Origin: Candidatus Babeliales bacterium | GTDB taxonomy: Bacteria > Babelota > Babeliae > Babelales > JACPOV01 | Direction of reading: 5' to 3' | NCBI GenBank assembly: GCA_050250855.1 | Contig: JBFWNW010000002.1 | Span: 69,925 to 133,924, forward strand | DNA: 64,000 bases | In this document: one piece after another, positions 18,854 through 28,159 of the stretch | Position numbering within the stretch: position 1 is the first letter of the stretch | Layout: each line of letters starts with the position of its first letter | The notes under the pieces: generated by a model | Databases searched by the model: none | Seen by the model: only the letters and a program-made list of their open reading frames with translations | Told to the model about the DNA's origin: nothing | Translations under genes and position numbers: made by a program

Positions 18854-19774
18854 TTAAAAAGACCAATCAATATCCCAAATATCTAAATCTTTAAAGTAAC
18901 CTTTTCCATACTGTTCAAACCATGCCAATACCTGTTTTTTCCTCCATAAAATTGGTTTATCCCATACAGAAAAATCAAGAAATTCATAACCTTTAAACCA
19001 ATATACTGGAGATGGTTGCGTTCTTAATCCTCGCTCATCTTTTGAAGGGAAATAACGCACATTAATTTCCTGGCAAGATTTTTCTGGTTGCCTGATACGC
19101 TCAAGACAGCGATACCACGCTTGTTTTTCTAATAAGTTTTGCCAATTAACAAACTGAAAATGCAAAAGGCCATATTCATAACCCTGTAAACGGAATCTTT
19201 TTCCTTGCACGGGAAAACTACGATTATGCAAAAAGTATGAAGGAAAATTTGAAACACCATCATCGCAAAAAATAACAGGTTTATAATCATTGGTCCATTT
19301 TGAGTCATCAAAACGATAGCGATCTATTGTTCTCCAGAGTTGAATCCAACAAACCTCCATACTTTCTCCTGGCTGCAAAGAAAGAATAAGTTTGCGTAAA
19401 AAATTATTATCTGAACAGTTTGCAGTAAACATTTCATCCGCATCAATTAAAACAAAATGAGTACCACCAAGTGCTCTGCCAGCATCTAATAATTTCTGCT
19501 TGTTATCACTTTCTTTGCCAACTTGCCAGCCAGATTGTTCATTGCGCAAAATGACAAATTCTTTGCCAAGCTTTTTACAACATGATTCAACCAGAATTTT
19601 AGTGCTATCTTCAGAATTATCATCAAGCGTAACAAATGCATCAACATAAAAAGACAATGCTTGTAAACATTGCTCAATACATTGCTCTTCATTTCTTACT
19701 TGCATAAGACTTACTATTTTAGGTGAAGCAGTTAAAGATAAAAAAGTCCCTAACAATAATAATAATTTAAACAT
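18854..19774 (-). CDS. GT2-like glycosyltransferase
   Basis: VSLMQVRNEE...VTLDDNSEDST and LIDADEMF (DXD) motifs. Start MFKLLLLLG at 19774 is preceded by AAGGAG. Confidence 0.6.
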   Translation of the reverse strand: MFKLLLLLGTFLSLTASPKIVSLMQVRNEEQCIEQCLQALSFYVDAFVTLDDNSEDSTKILVESCCKKLGKEFVILRNEQSGWQVGKESDNKQKLLDAGRALGGTHFVLIDADEMFTANCSDNNFLRKLILSLQPGESMEVCWIQLWRTIDRYRFDDSKWTNDYKPVIFCDDGVSNFPSYFLHNRSFPVQGKRFRLQGYEYGLLHFQFVNWQNLLEKQAWYRCLERIRQPEKSCQEINVRYFPSKDERGLRTQPSPVYWFKGYEFLDFSVWDKPILWRKKQVLAWFEQYGKGYFKDLDIWDIDWSF

Positions 19775-19787
19775 ATTCAGCACTCCT

Positions 19788-20636
19788 TTACTGAACAAAT
19801 GCTTCTTTTTTTAACCAGCTTCCTGCCCAATGGTGCACCGCATATGATTCAGGTTTTTGCCATTCTGAGGCAGGGGTTCCTCGTTGTTCATAACCACATG
19901 GGTAAAAGTAACTAGCGGGAAAAGCTACGATACGAAATTCTTGCATCATAGAGGGAACATATTTTAAAAAAAGTTTAGTAAAAAACAAAGGACCCGTTCT
20001 TAGTATAATCTGAATCTCATGAGATGAATTACGCAACTCTTCAATACATTTTTGCAATAATGGATGATGAGGAATAGACGCTATTAAAGCATTGTTAAGC
20101 TGGACCATATTGGTATCCAAAGGTTGAATACCGGTGTAAAAATCATAAATACATAAAGAATTCATTGATTTTAAACATTCAAAATCGGTATCAATGTAAA
20201 TACCCCCAAATTGCTCTAAAATTTCATAACGCCAAATATCAGACTTTTCACCATAATTCTTTGAAGCATCAAATAGATCTTTATTACGCCACGCAAATGA
20301 TGCTACATCTGCATCTGTCCATAATTTATATTCCCAGCCAGGATTATGCTTCAACCAGCTTTCTTGATAAGCGCGGTATTTTTCAGGAAAAGGACTACCA
20401 AGCCAAATTTGATGTATTATTTTAGGGATACGAACAGACGTCGGCACAATTCTTGCTGGTGAAAATAAGTTATATAAACGCTCAAAAAAGTTTTTAAGCA
20501 TCATATTATTATTCTTTTCAAGAATATGTTTATATGAATCAGCTTGCATTGATGTATTAAAATCTACCCATATAAAATTTTCCTGTGCACAAACTAAAGA
20601 ACTAAAAAGAAACGTTATGCTTAATAGTTTTTTCAT
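19788..20636 (-). CDS. GT32-type glycosyltransferase with a DXD sugar-binding region
   Basis: IPKIIHQIWLG...NPGWEYKLWTD...SDIWRYEILEQFGGIYIDTDFECL is a classic Gly_transf_sug/OCH1-type signature. Signal peptide MKKLLSITFLFSSLVCA. Confidence 0.8.
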   Translation of the reverse strand: MKKLLSITFLFSSLVCAQENFIWVDFNTSMQADSYKHILEKNNNMMLKNFFERLYNLFSPARIVPTSVRIPKIIHQIWLGSPFPEKYRAYQESWLKHNPGWEYKLWTDADVASFAWRNKDLFDASKNYGEKSDIWRYEILEQFGGIYIDTDFECLKSMNSLCIYDFYTGIQPLDTNMVQLNNALIASIPHHPLLQKCIEELRNSSHEIQIILRTGPLFFTKLFLKYVPSMMQEFRIVAFPASYFYPCGYEQRGTPASEWQKPESYAVHHWAGSWLKKEAFVQ

Positions 20637-20638
20637 AA

Positions 20639-21670
20639 TTATACCCTTGCTTGTTTATAAGATTTTTCTGGTACAACCTTGTGCGCTAAATACCAAAAAT
20701 ATGCTTCCTTTAAACCATTTTTCAATGAAGTTTTTGCTGTCCAACCAAGCTGTGAAATTTTATCAACATTTAATACTTTTCTTGGCGTGCCATCTAAAGT
20801 ATTGATATTAAAAAGGATTTCTCCTGCATACCCAACGATCTCTTTAATTAAAGAAGCTAGTTCGGCAATTGTTATATCTTTACCGGTCCCAATATTAATA
20901 TGACCCGATTCTTCATAACTATTCATTAAAAATAAGCATGCTTGCGCTAAATCATCGACGTATAAAAATTCTCGCAACGCTTTACCCGTTCCCCATAAAG
21001 AAACTGACGGTTTATTTTCTTCTTTTGCTGCATGAATTTTTGCAATAAGTGCAGGAATAACGTGCGATGATTCAAAGTCAAAATTATCATGAGGACCATA
21101 AAGATTTGTTGGCATACAAGAAATAAATTTTGTACCATATTGCCTGTTATAGCTTTTGCATAAAAGTATGCCGGCAATTTTTGCAAGCGCATACGGCTCA
21201 TTTGTTTTTTCAAGTTCATCGGTCATTAAATACTCTTCTTGTATTGGTTGAGGACAATTACGAGGATAAATGCAAGAAGAACCTAAAAATAAGAGCTTTT
21301 TAACGCCATTGGTATACGATGCATGAATAATATTTGCTTCAATCATAAGATTGTCATAAATAAATGAGGCTGGAAAATCATTATTTGCTTTAATGCCGCC
21401 AACTTTTGCAGCAGCCAAAAACACATATTCCGGTTTTTCTTGGTTGAAAAAATCATGTACCGCTGCTTGGTTGCGCAAATCAAGTTCTGCAAAACTACGC
21501 GTTATAAGGTTAGTATATCCTTCAGCTTGCAACGCTCGCATTAAAGCAGAGCCAACCAACCCCTGACCTGCTATATAAATTTTTGCCTGCTTGTCCATAT
21601 GTGCTTCACTAACACCAGTAAAAAGATTAAAAATCAAGCCTATACTCATTATCTTTGTTACGTAGTTCAT
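20639..21670 (-). CDS. fcl: GDP-L-fucose synthase (GDP-4-keto-6-deoxymannose 3,5-epimerase/4-reductase)
   Basis: Collinear with E. coli Fcl from [11 protein letters not shown] (ATG at 21598) to the C-terminus: [33 protein letters not shown]. An upstream in-frame ATG at 21670 has a strong AGGAGA SD and adds the hydrophobic 24-aa segment [24 protein letters not shown]. Confidence 0.9.
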   Translation of the reverse strand: MNYVTKIMSIGLIFNLFTGVSEAHMDKQAKIYIAGQGLVGSALMRALQAEGYTNLITRSFAELDLRNQAAVHDFFNQEKPEYVFLAAAKVGGIKANNDFPASFIYDNLMIEANIIHASYTNGVKKLLFLGSSCIYPRNCPQPIQEEYLMTDELEKTNEPYALAKIAGILLCKSYNRQYGTKFISCMPTNLYGPHDNFDFESSHVIPALIAKIHAAKEENKPSVSLWGTGKALREFLYVDDLAQACLFLMNSYEESGHINIGTGKDITIAELASLIKEIVGYAGEILFNINTLDGTPRKVLNVDKISQLGWTAKTSLKNGLKEAYFWYLAHKVVPEKSYKQARV

Positions 21671-22859
21671 GAGATTCTCCTGATAATTTTTGAGCTGCAA
21701 TGTAGATATTTGAGCCGGTTGCCTCACTTTTTAATTCCCATGCAATTTGTTCTAAATCTGCATCCATCATTAGACAAACTAAATCTTTAAAGGTTGTTTT
21801 TGGCTCCCAACCAAGAAGTTTTTTTGCTTTGCTAGGATCACCCAGTAAAATTTCAACTTCAGTCGGTCTGAAATAACGAGGATCAACCGCTATCAACAGC
21901 TCACCAGTTTTTTTATTGTATCCTTTTTCCTCAGCACCTATACCGCGCCATTCTACCGTAATACCAACACGTTCAAATGCTAATTCAACAAACTCTCTTA
22001 CGGTATGCGTTTGTCCGGTTGCAACAACCCAATCTTCAGGCTTTTCATACTGTAAAATAAGCCACATTGCTTCTACATATTCTTTGGCATAGCCCCAATC
22101 TCGTTTTGCATCAAGATTACCTAAATAAATAGGATCTTTTTTACCTAAAGAAATTGCGGCTACCGCACGCGTAATTTTTCTGGTTACAAAGGTTTCGCCA
22201 CGTAAAGGAGATTCATGATTAAATAAAATACCATTTGCAGCAAACATGCCGTAGGCTTCTCGATAGTTTACCGTTATCCAATAGGCATAAAGTTTTGCAA
22301 CACCATAGGGAGAACGTGGATAAAAAGGGGTCGTTTCTTTTTGAGGAATTTCTTGTACGTTGCCATACATTTCTGAAGTTGATGCTTGGTAAAATTTCGT
22401 TGTTTTATCAAATCCGGTTACACGCAATGCTTCTAATAAACGCAAGGTACCTATGCCATCAGCATTTGCTGTATATTCTGGCACTTCAAAAGAAACTTTT
22501 ACATGAGATTGTGCTGCAAGATTATAAATTTCATCAGGCTTAATTTCTTGTATCAAACGAATAAGATTGGTAGAATCGGTCATATCACCAAAGTGTAAAA
22601 AGAAATTTCCTTTCTTTTTATTATGAGGATCACGGTATAAAGGATCTATGCGATGCGTATTAAACATTGATGAACGACGTTTAATGCCATGAACTTCATA
22701 CCCTTTACCCAGTAAAAATTCAGCCAAGTAGGCCCCATCTTGACCAGTTATACCGGTAATTAAGGCAACTTTTTTCTTCATACTCTGCTCTCCTGCAAAA
22801 AAAGTACTGAATCCTAAGCAAGCTACTGCAACAAAAATTTTTTTATAAGAGTGCTTCAT
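21627..22859 (-). CDS. gmd: GDP-mannose 4,6-dehydratase
   Basis: Collinear with E. coli Gmd from [16 protein letters not shown] (ATG at 22781, AGGAGA upstream). The longer ORF from 22859 adds [26 protein letters not shown]. Confidence 0.92.
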   Translation of the reverse strand: MKHSYKKIFVAVACLGFSTFFAGEQSMKKKVALITGITGQDGAYLAEFLLGKGYEVHGIKRRSSMFNTHRIDPLYRDPHNKKKGNFFLHFGDMTDSTNLIRLIQEIKPDEIYNLAAQSHVKVSFEVPEYTANADGIGTLRLLEALRVTGFDKTTKFYQASTSEMYGNVQEIPQKETTPFYPRSPYGVAKLYAYWITVNYREAYGMFAANGILFNHESPLRGETFVTRKITRAVAAISLGKKDPIYLGNLDAKRDWGYAKEYVEAMWLILQYEKPEDWVVATGQTHTVREFVELAFERVGITVEWRGIGAEEKGYNKKTGELLIAVDPRYFRPTEVEILLGDPSKAKKLLGWEPKTTFKDLVCLMMDADLEQIAWELKSEATGSNIYIAAQKLSGESHELRNKDNEYRLDF

Positions 22860-22874
22860 ATCCTATTTCCTTTT

Positions 22875-23903
22875 TTATGTATAATGATGGCTATTTTTTT
22901 CCCGTAATTGATGCAAAATATGTTTTACTTTATCTGTCTGATCTCGCTTCGCTATTAAAAGAACATCATCTGTTTCTACAACACATAGATCTTCAACGCC
23001 TATAAGTGCTACGAGCTTTTTTGGCACCTGAACAATATTATTAGCTGCGTGCAATTCAATAACTTCTGTTTGCTGTTGGCTATGCTTTTTGTGCAAAGAA
23101 AGAAATATTTCTAAGTTGCCAACATCTGACCATGTAAAAGAGCAGGGCTGTACATACACGGCATTACTTTTTTCTAATACCGCATAATCAATAGAAATAT
23201 TTTCGGCATCTTTGTAATCTGCTTTATGTTCAAAAAAATCACATACCACCTTATATAGCTGTTGGGCATGACGATTGTATTCTTCTATAAAAACAGAACT
23301 TTTGGCACAAAAAATACCTATATTCCATAACATGGTATCCATGGTACTATATACATCCGCCAATTGCGCTGAAGGTTTTTCATGAAAACGAGAAACTTTT
23401 ACAACATCATTTTTTTGCGCTGCCATTTCTATGTAGCCATAGTTTGTTGCGGGAAAATCAGGACGAATTCCTAACAATGTTATGGCATCATGAGCTTGCG
23501 AAAATTCTAACGCATTATTTAAATGTTTGGCAAATTGGTCATCTTCTACAATAAAAGCATCAGCAGGTAAAAAAGCTATAATTGCTGAAGGGTCTTTTTG
23601 TTGAATATAAAGCGTAGCCAAAAGTAATGCTGGCGCTGTATTGCGGCCAATTGGTTCAGACAAAATGCCGCCTATAGAATCTCCCAAAAGACTTTTAATA
23701 GAATCAACCTGCTGCTCAGTTGTCATAATAAAAATATTATGTTTTTCAACAATTAAAGAAGCACGCATAACAGTACGCTCAAGCAAAGAATTTTGATCAT
23801 CAAGAGAGAGCAGCTGCTTTGGCTTTTTCTCTCTACTCAAAGGCCATAAACGCTCACCTTTGCCTCCAGCTAAAATAACAATATAGCGTGATGTTATATC
23901 CAT
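22875..23903 (-). CDS. manC: Mannose-1-phosphate guanylyltransferase (nucleotidyltransferase domain only)
   Basis: VILAGGKGERLWPLSREKKPKQLL N-terminal NTP-transferase signature. At 342 aa there is no C-terminal isomerase/cupin domain. Confidence 0.8.
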   Translation of the reverse strand: MDITSRYIVILAGGKGERLWPLSREKKPKQLLSLDDQNSLLERTVMRASLIVEKHNIFIMTTEQQVDSIKSLLGDSIGGILSEPIGRNTAPALLLATLYIQQKDPSAIIAFLPADAFIVEDDQFAKHLNNALEFSQAHDAITLLGIRPDFPATNYGYIEMAAQKNDVVKVSRFHEKPSAQLADVYSTMDTMLWNIGIFCAKSSVFIEEYNRHAQQLYKVVCDFFEHKADYKDAENISIDYAVLEKSNAVYVQPCSFTWSDVGNLEIFLSLHKKHSQQQTEVIELHAANNIVQVPKKLVALIGVEDLCVVETDDVLLIAKRDQTDKVKHILHQLREKNSHHYT

Positions 23904-23909
23904 AACTAT

Positions 23910-24623
23910 TTATTTTTTTCTTCGTTCAAAAAACAAACGACAAAATGTTTTAGCTGCTTCTTTCATAATTGCTACTGAAAGCTTTGAATCGCCATGAATT
24001 CTATTACGTGCATGAATCGGAATTTCTGTTATACGCAAACCATCCTCTTTAAAGCGATACAGTGATTCAATGCAGAAAGAAAATCCTTTTGAACTTACTT
24101 TTTTATAGACATGAGGCTTTAATTTTTGTACAGAATATAAACGGTAAGCACCGGTACAATCGTACGGCATACCAAGGCCTCGTTTAATTAAATTTCGCCA
24201 AAAGTAAGTAAATGGTAAACGAATTCTTCCCCAACCGCTCATGCCACCGCCATGAATATAGCGTGAACCAATAACGACATCATGAACATCTCTTTTTTCA
24301 AAAAGAGCAGGAATATAACGCGGATCGTGCGTAAGATCTGCATCCATCGTAATTAAAAATTTATAATTATGTTTTTGCGCATATTCAAATGCCTGCACGT
24401 GAGCCGTTCCTAAACCAAGCTTTGCAGGGCGATGCATAACATGCACAGAAGGATCTTTTTTACTTAAATCATCAAGAACTTTTCCGGTGCCATCTGGAGA
24501 ATTATCATCACAAAAAAGAATATCAACATCTTCTTTGTGCTTCTTTATTTCTTCATACAAAATTAAAACATTGTCACGTTCATTATAGGTGGGAACAAAA
24601 ACTAAAACTTCATTTTTTTGCAT
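23910..24623 (-). CDS. Polyprenyl-phosphate sugar synthase, Dpm1/Ppm1-like GT2
   Basis: VFVPTYNERDN...DILFCDDNSPDGTG...HRPAKLGLGTA...ITMDADLTHDP is the canonical dolichol/polyprenol-phosphate mannose synthase pattern. Confidence 0.8.
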   Translation of the reverse strand: MQKNEVLVFVPTYNERDNVLILYEEIKKHKEDVDILFCDDNSPDGTGKVLDDLSKKDPSVHVMHRPAKLGLGTAHVQAFEYAQKHNYKFLITMDADLTHDPRYIPALFEKRDVHDVVIGSRYIHGGGMSGWGRIRLPFTYFWRNLIKRGLGMPYDCTGAYRLYSVQKLKPHVYKKVSSKGFSFCIESLYRFKEDGLRITEIPIHARNRIHGDSKLSVAIMKEAAKTFCRLFFERRKK

Positions 24624-24632
24624 AGTATAAAC

Positions 24633-25985
24633 CTAGTGAATCAATTGGTACGTAATAATAGTATTTTCTTTCTTTGCACAACGATATGCAACAACCATAC
24701 CAAAAGCAGAAAAAAGGATAAAGAAGTATTCAAACATCATCCGATAGCGCGCACATCCGTCATGTCCTGTTATAAAGGAAAAATAAAAAATTGAAATAAT
24801 GACAAAGCTAACTATAAAATAATATTTTTTATGCCATAGAGCATAAAGGCCGATCATGATAAAAAATAGTTGCAATACCATCCAGAGTAATTGTAAAAAT
24901 GCAATAATATGTATTAAACGCGATGAAGTGCCATCAACTACATAATGGTAAAAACGATTATATAAAGAGCCTGACTTTGAAAAAAATGATGTTTCCGTAC
25001 CTTTTAACGATGGATTTACTAAAAATTTAAGTTGATTCGTATACAAAGCACCTACCGTCTTTATCATGTTATGCAACCAAATACGTACAACTAATACTGG
25101 TTTTTCATAAAAATAAGAATGCATCAATGCTTTTGGTTTATTCCAACGCGTATGATCATTATGATGTTTACCATCCATTAACGTACCGACCTGAACTAAT
25201 CCTTCTGCCCATGAGATACCTTGGTCATGTGCTATAACTTTTGCCAAAAAATAAAAATAAATATTTTCATGCATTAAAGGGGCAATTGTCATAGAACCAA
25301 ATTGATACTTATTGTGTAGCATATAACCAGCAACAGGAATATAAAAACAAAACAAGCACAGTAAAATGGCATTCAATACTTTTTGTCTCTGTAAATAAGC
25401 ATGTAGCCCGACAAAAAAGATTACTATGAAAATATAAAAAAGCGCTACCGGTTTTACCGCAACTGAACAACCATACAATAAGCCTGCTAGGGCTAAAGAA
25501 GATAAGCTAGACGTTTTAAAATACGTACATAAACGCTCAAGAGAAGCTATCAAGAAAAATGCTAAAAGCACTTCTGTGAGCATAAATTGACTGTATATTA
25601 AAAAACCAAGATTAAAAGATCCTAACAAAACAGTTACTTGTGCAACATGTTCATCAAAAAGCATGTATGCTATGCGATAGAGCAACAATAACGCTAAAAG
25701 GCTTAGCAAGATTTGTGCAATAATGACCCATGTGTGATGAAAACCAAATAACTTATAAATACTACCTAGAAAAAATGGGTACCCTAATGTTTGAACGGGA
25801 ATAATGGATCCTCGTTGAGGATCCATTAATTGATTATCTGTTGCAAAATAGTTGCCTATTGCCACATATCCTGATGAATCAAGATCACAATGAGCTTCAT
25901 AGGCAGGATTTATCCTATACAAACTGTAGGATAATAAACAAAAAATAACTATCGAACAGAGTAAAACTATTTTTGTACTATTCAT
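24633..25985 (-). CDS. GT-C fold membrane glycosyltransferase (PMT/ArnT-like)
   Basis: 450 aa with many predicted TM helices. CDLDSSGY acidic motif in the first extracytoplasmic loop. 4-nt overlap with the upstream gene. Confidence 0.65.
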   Translation of the reverse strand: MNSTKIVLLCSIVIFCLLSYSLYRINPAYEAHCDLDSSGYVAIGNYFATDNQLMDPQRGSIIPVQTLGYPFFLGSIYKLFGFHHTWVIIAQILLSLLALLLLYRIAYMLFDEHVAQVTVLLGSFNLGFLIYSQFMLTEVLLAFFLIASLERLCTYFKTSSLSSLALAGLLYGCSVAVKPVALFYIFIVIFFVGLHAYLQRQKVLNAILLCLFCFYIPVAGYMLHNKYQFGSMTIAPLMHENIYFYFLAKVIAHDQGISWAEGLVQVGTLMDGKHHNDHTRWNKPKALMHSYFYEKPVLVVRIWLHNMIKTVGALYTNQLKFLVNPSLKGTETSFFSKSGSLYNRFYHYVVDGTSSRLIHIIAFLQLLWMVLQLFFIMIGLYALWHKKYYFIVSFVIISIFYFSFITGHDGCARYRMMFEYFFILFSAFGMVVAYRCAKKENTIITYQLIH

Positions 25986-28159
25986 TGATTGATTTCTTGA
26001 TTACCTCCTCCTTGGCAGGCAAGCTTATCAACAATCAGCGTTATTTCTGCTACGCGCATTAAACGTTCTATGCTAATTGGCGCTTTATAATCATTGTGCA
26101 TAGCGCCAAAAAAATCCTTAAGCAACTGCTCATGACCTTTATCAGGAACCATTACTTTTTCATTAAATGATGATGGTAATCCAAAACCTTGCAAGACTTT
26201 ATAATCGTCCATCAAAATTGATTTAGAATCATAAAAGACTTCCATACGCTCTTTTCCTAGATCGCCATGACCTAATGACGTATACAATAAAGAACAAATT
26301 GAACCATCTGCAAAGCTAAATTGAACGGAAAAATTATCCGTTGGAAAAAGATCATCATGTTTTGGTTTTAGTGATTCTACTGATAATGCTACTGGATAGG
26401 AATCTGTTAAATGAACAAAAAGATCAAAAATATGACACGCCTCACCTATAATTCTGCCAGCACCAACTTCAGTTTGAATCCAATGATTTTTAGGGATAAA
26501 ACCAGCATTCATTCGATAATGTACAACAAGTGGTGATGAACGCTTTGCTACTTCTTTTTTTATTTTCTGCACAAAAGGAGCAAAGGAACGATTATAATCA
26601 ACACAGAATGGCAATGAAGAATTTTTCTCAAAAAACGCTTTCATTTCGTGTAGTTGATCAAAATCAGTAACCATAGGTTTTTCTAAGAATACCGCTTTGC
26701 CATGTTGCAATGCAGCAAGAGCTTGCTTGCTATGGTATTTGTGAGGAGATGCAATTAATACTGCATCAACTAAATCTTCATCAAAAAGTTTGCTATCATC
26801 AGATAATGCTTTTGCTGCACCATATGTTTTTGAAACAGTAATTGAATTTGCCATATTGGCATCAACAACGGCATTAATTTTTACATTTTTGATACGAGAA
26901 ATTATAGGCATAAGCTTCACTTTTGCAAAGCCACCAGCACCAACAACCCCGACACGTAAACGATCTTTAAATGCTGGAACAAATCTTATTTCTTCTAATG
27001 GTACGGATTCTTTTTGAACCGCCTCTTCTTGATGAGGCGCAAGCTCATGTTCTTCAGTACGATAAGAAAGAACTACCGCCAAAACGTCTTGCGATTTTAA
27101 AGAATCATATGCCTTTTCTGCTTGATCAAGAGAGGCTTCTTGTGAAATTAAACTATCAACATCAAGCTTTTTACGTTCAATAAGATCAACAATTGATTCC
27201 ATATTGCGATTTTCTGTCCAACGCACGTAGGCATAAGGATAATCTAAACCATTTTGCTCATACGATGCATCGTAACGGCCAGGACCATATGAACATGAAA
27301 TAAGAAAATCAATCTCTTTTTGATAAAATGGTGAACGATCAAAGGTAAGCGGAACATCACCAACTAAGACAACACGCCCTTTTTTGCGCGTAATTTCCAT
27401 AGATTGTTGAATTATTCCTTTATGCGATGATCCTGCGGTAATAATAGTACAGTCAACGCCCTGATGAGCAGTTACAAATTCTATTTCTTTTTTTATATCA
27501 ACTTCTGCAGGATTCAACACGGTATCAGCACCTAGTTTAAGCGCTAAATCAAGGCGATTTTTTAATAAATCTAATGCAATAACTTTGCAACCAGAAATCT
27601 TTGCCAATTGCACCGTAAATTGCCCAAGTAGACCTAAACCAAGAACGCACACGGTATCACCCAGTTTAACATCGGCACGACGTAAACCTTGTAATGCAAT
27701 TGCACCTAACGTTGTAGTACTTGCTTGGCGCAAATATTCTTCGCTGCTTACTTTAGTAACAAGATTTTCTGGCACAATGACCATTTCAGCATGATGAGCA
27801 AAACCTGCGCCAGCACAAGCAACAAAATCTCCTGCTCTGTATTTTTTTATATTTTTGCCTACAGCAATAACTTTTCCAGAACATGAGTATCCTAGTGCTT
27901 GCAAATTGCCGGCAAGTTTTTCGCGAATAAGTGCTTTTGTTCCTTCTATCCCATTTTTTGCAATAGAAAGAAGAACTTTAGGCAACTTTAACGGAATATT
28001 GCTAAAAACACTTTGTTGAGCATTTGCAATAGTAGAACCTTCTGTTCCTGGACTAATACAAGAGTAATAAACTTCAACAAGAACACTATTATCATCAAGA
28101 ATAGGTTCGCATACATCTTTTACTGCTATAATACCTTTTTCTAGAAACAGTTGTCTCAT
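25982..28159 (-). CDS. Bi-domain oxidoreductase: zinc-type alcohol dehydrogenase (MDR) N-terminal half plus Gfo/Idh/MocA C-terminal half
   Basis: N-terminal half carries GLGLLG Rossmann and MDR features. C-terminal half has VGVVGAGGFAK Rossmann, then EKP and other Gfo/Idh/MocA features. 725 aa. Confidence 0.8.
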   Translation of the reverse strand: MRQLFLEKGIIAVKDVCEPILDDNSVLVEVYYSCISPGTEGSTIANAQQSVFSNIPLKLPKVLLSIAKNGIEGTKALIREKLAGNLQALGYSCSGKVIAVGKNIKKYRAGDFVACAGAGFAHHAEMVIVPENLVTKVSSEEYLRQASTTTLGAIALQGLRRADVKLGDTVCVLGLGLLGQFTVQLAKISGCKVIALDLLKNRLDLALKLGADTVLNPAEVDIKKEIEFVTAHQGVDCTIITAGSSHKGIIQQSMEITRKKGRVVLVGDVPLTFDRSPFYQKEIDFLISCSYGPGRYDASYEQNGLDYPYAYVRWTENRNMESIVDLIERKKLDVDSLISQEASLDQAEKAYDSLKSQDVLAVVLSYRTEEHELAPHQEEAVQKESVPLEEIRFVPAFKDRLRVGVVGAGGFAKVKLMPIISRIKNVKINAVVDANMANSITVSKTYGAAKALSDDSKLFDEDLVDAVLIASPHKYHSKQALAALQHGKAVFLEKPMVTDFDQLHEMKAFFEKNSSLPFCVDYNRSFAPFVQKIKKEVAKRSSPLVVHYRMNAGFIPKNHWIQTEVGAGRIIGEACHIFDLFVHLTDSYPVALSVESLKPKHDDLFPTDNFSVQFSFADGSICSLLYTSLGHGDLGKERMEVFYDSKSILMDDYKVLQGFGLPSSFNEKVMVPDKGHEQLLKDFFGAMHNDYKAPISIERLMRVAEITLIVDKLACQGGGNQEINQ

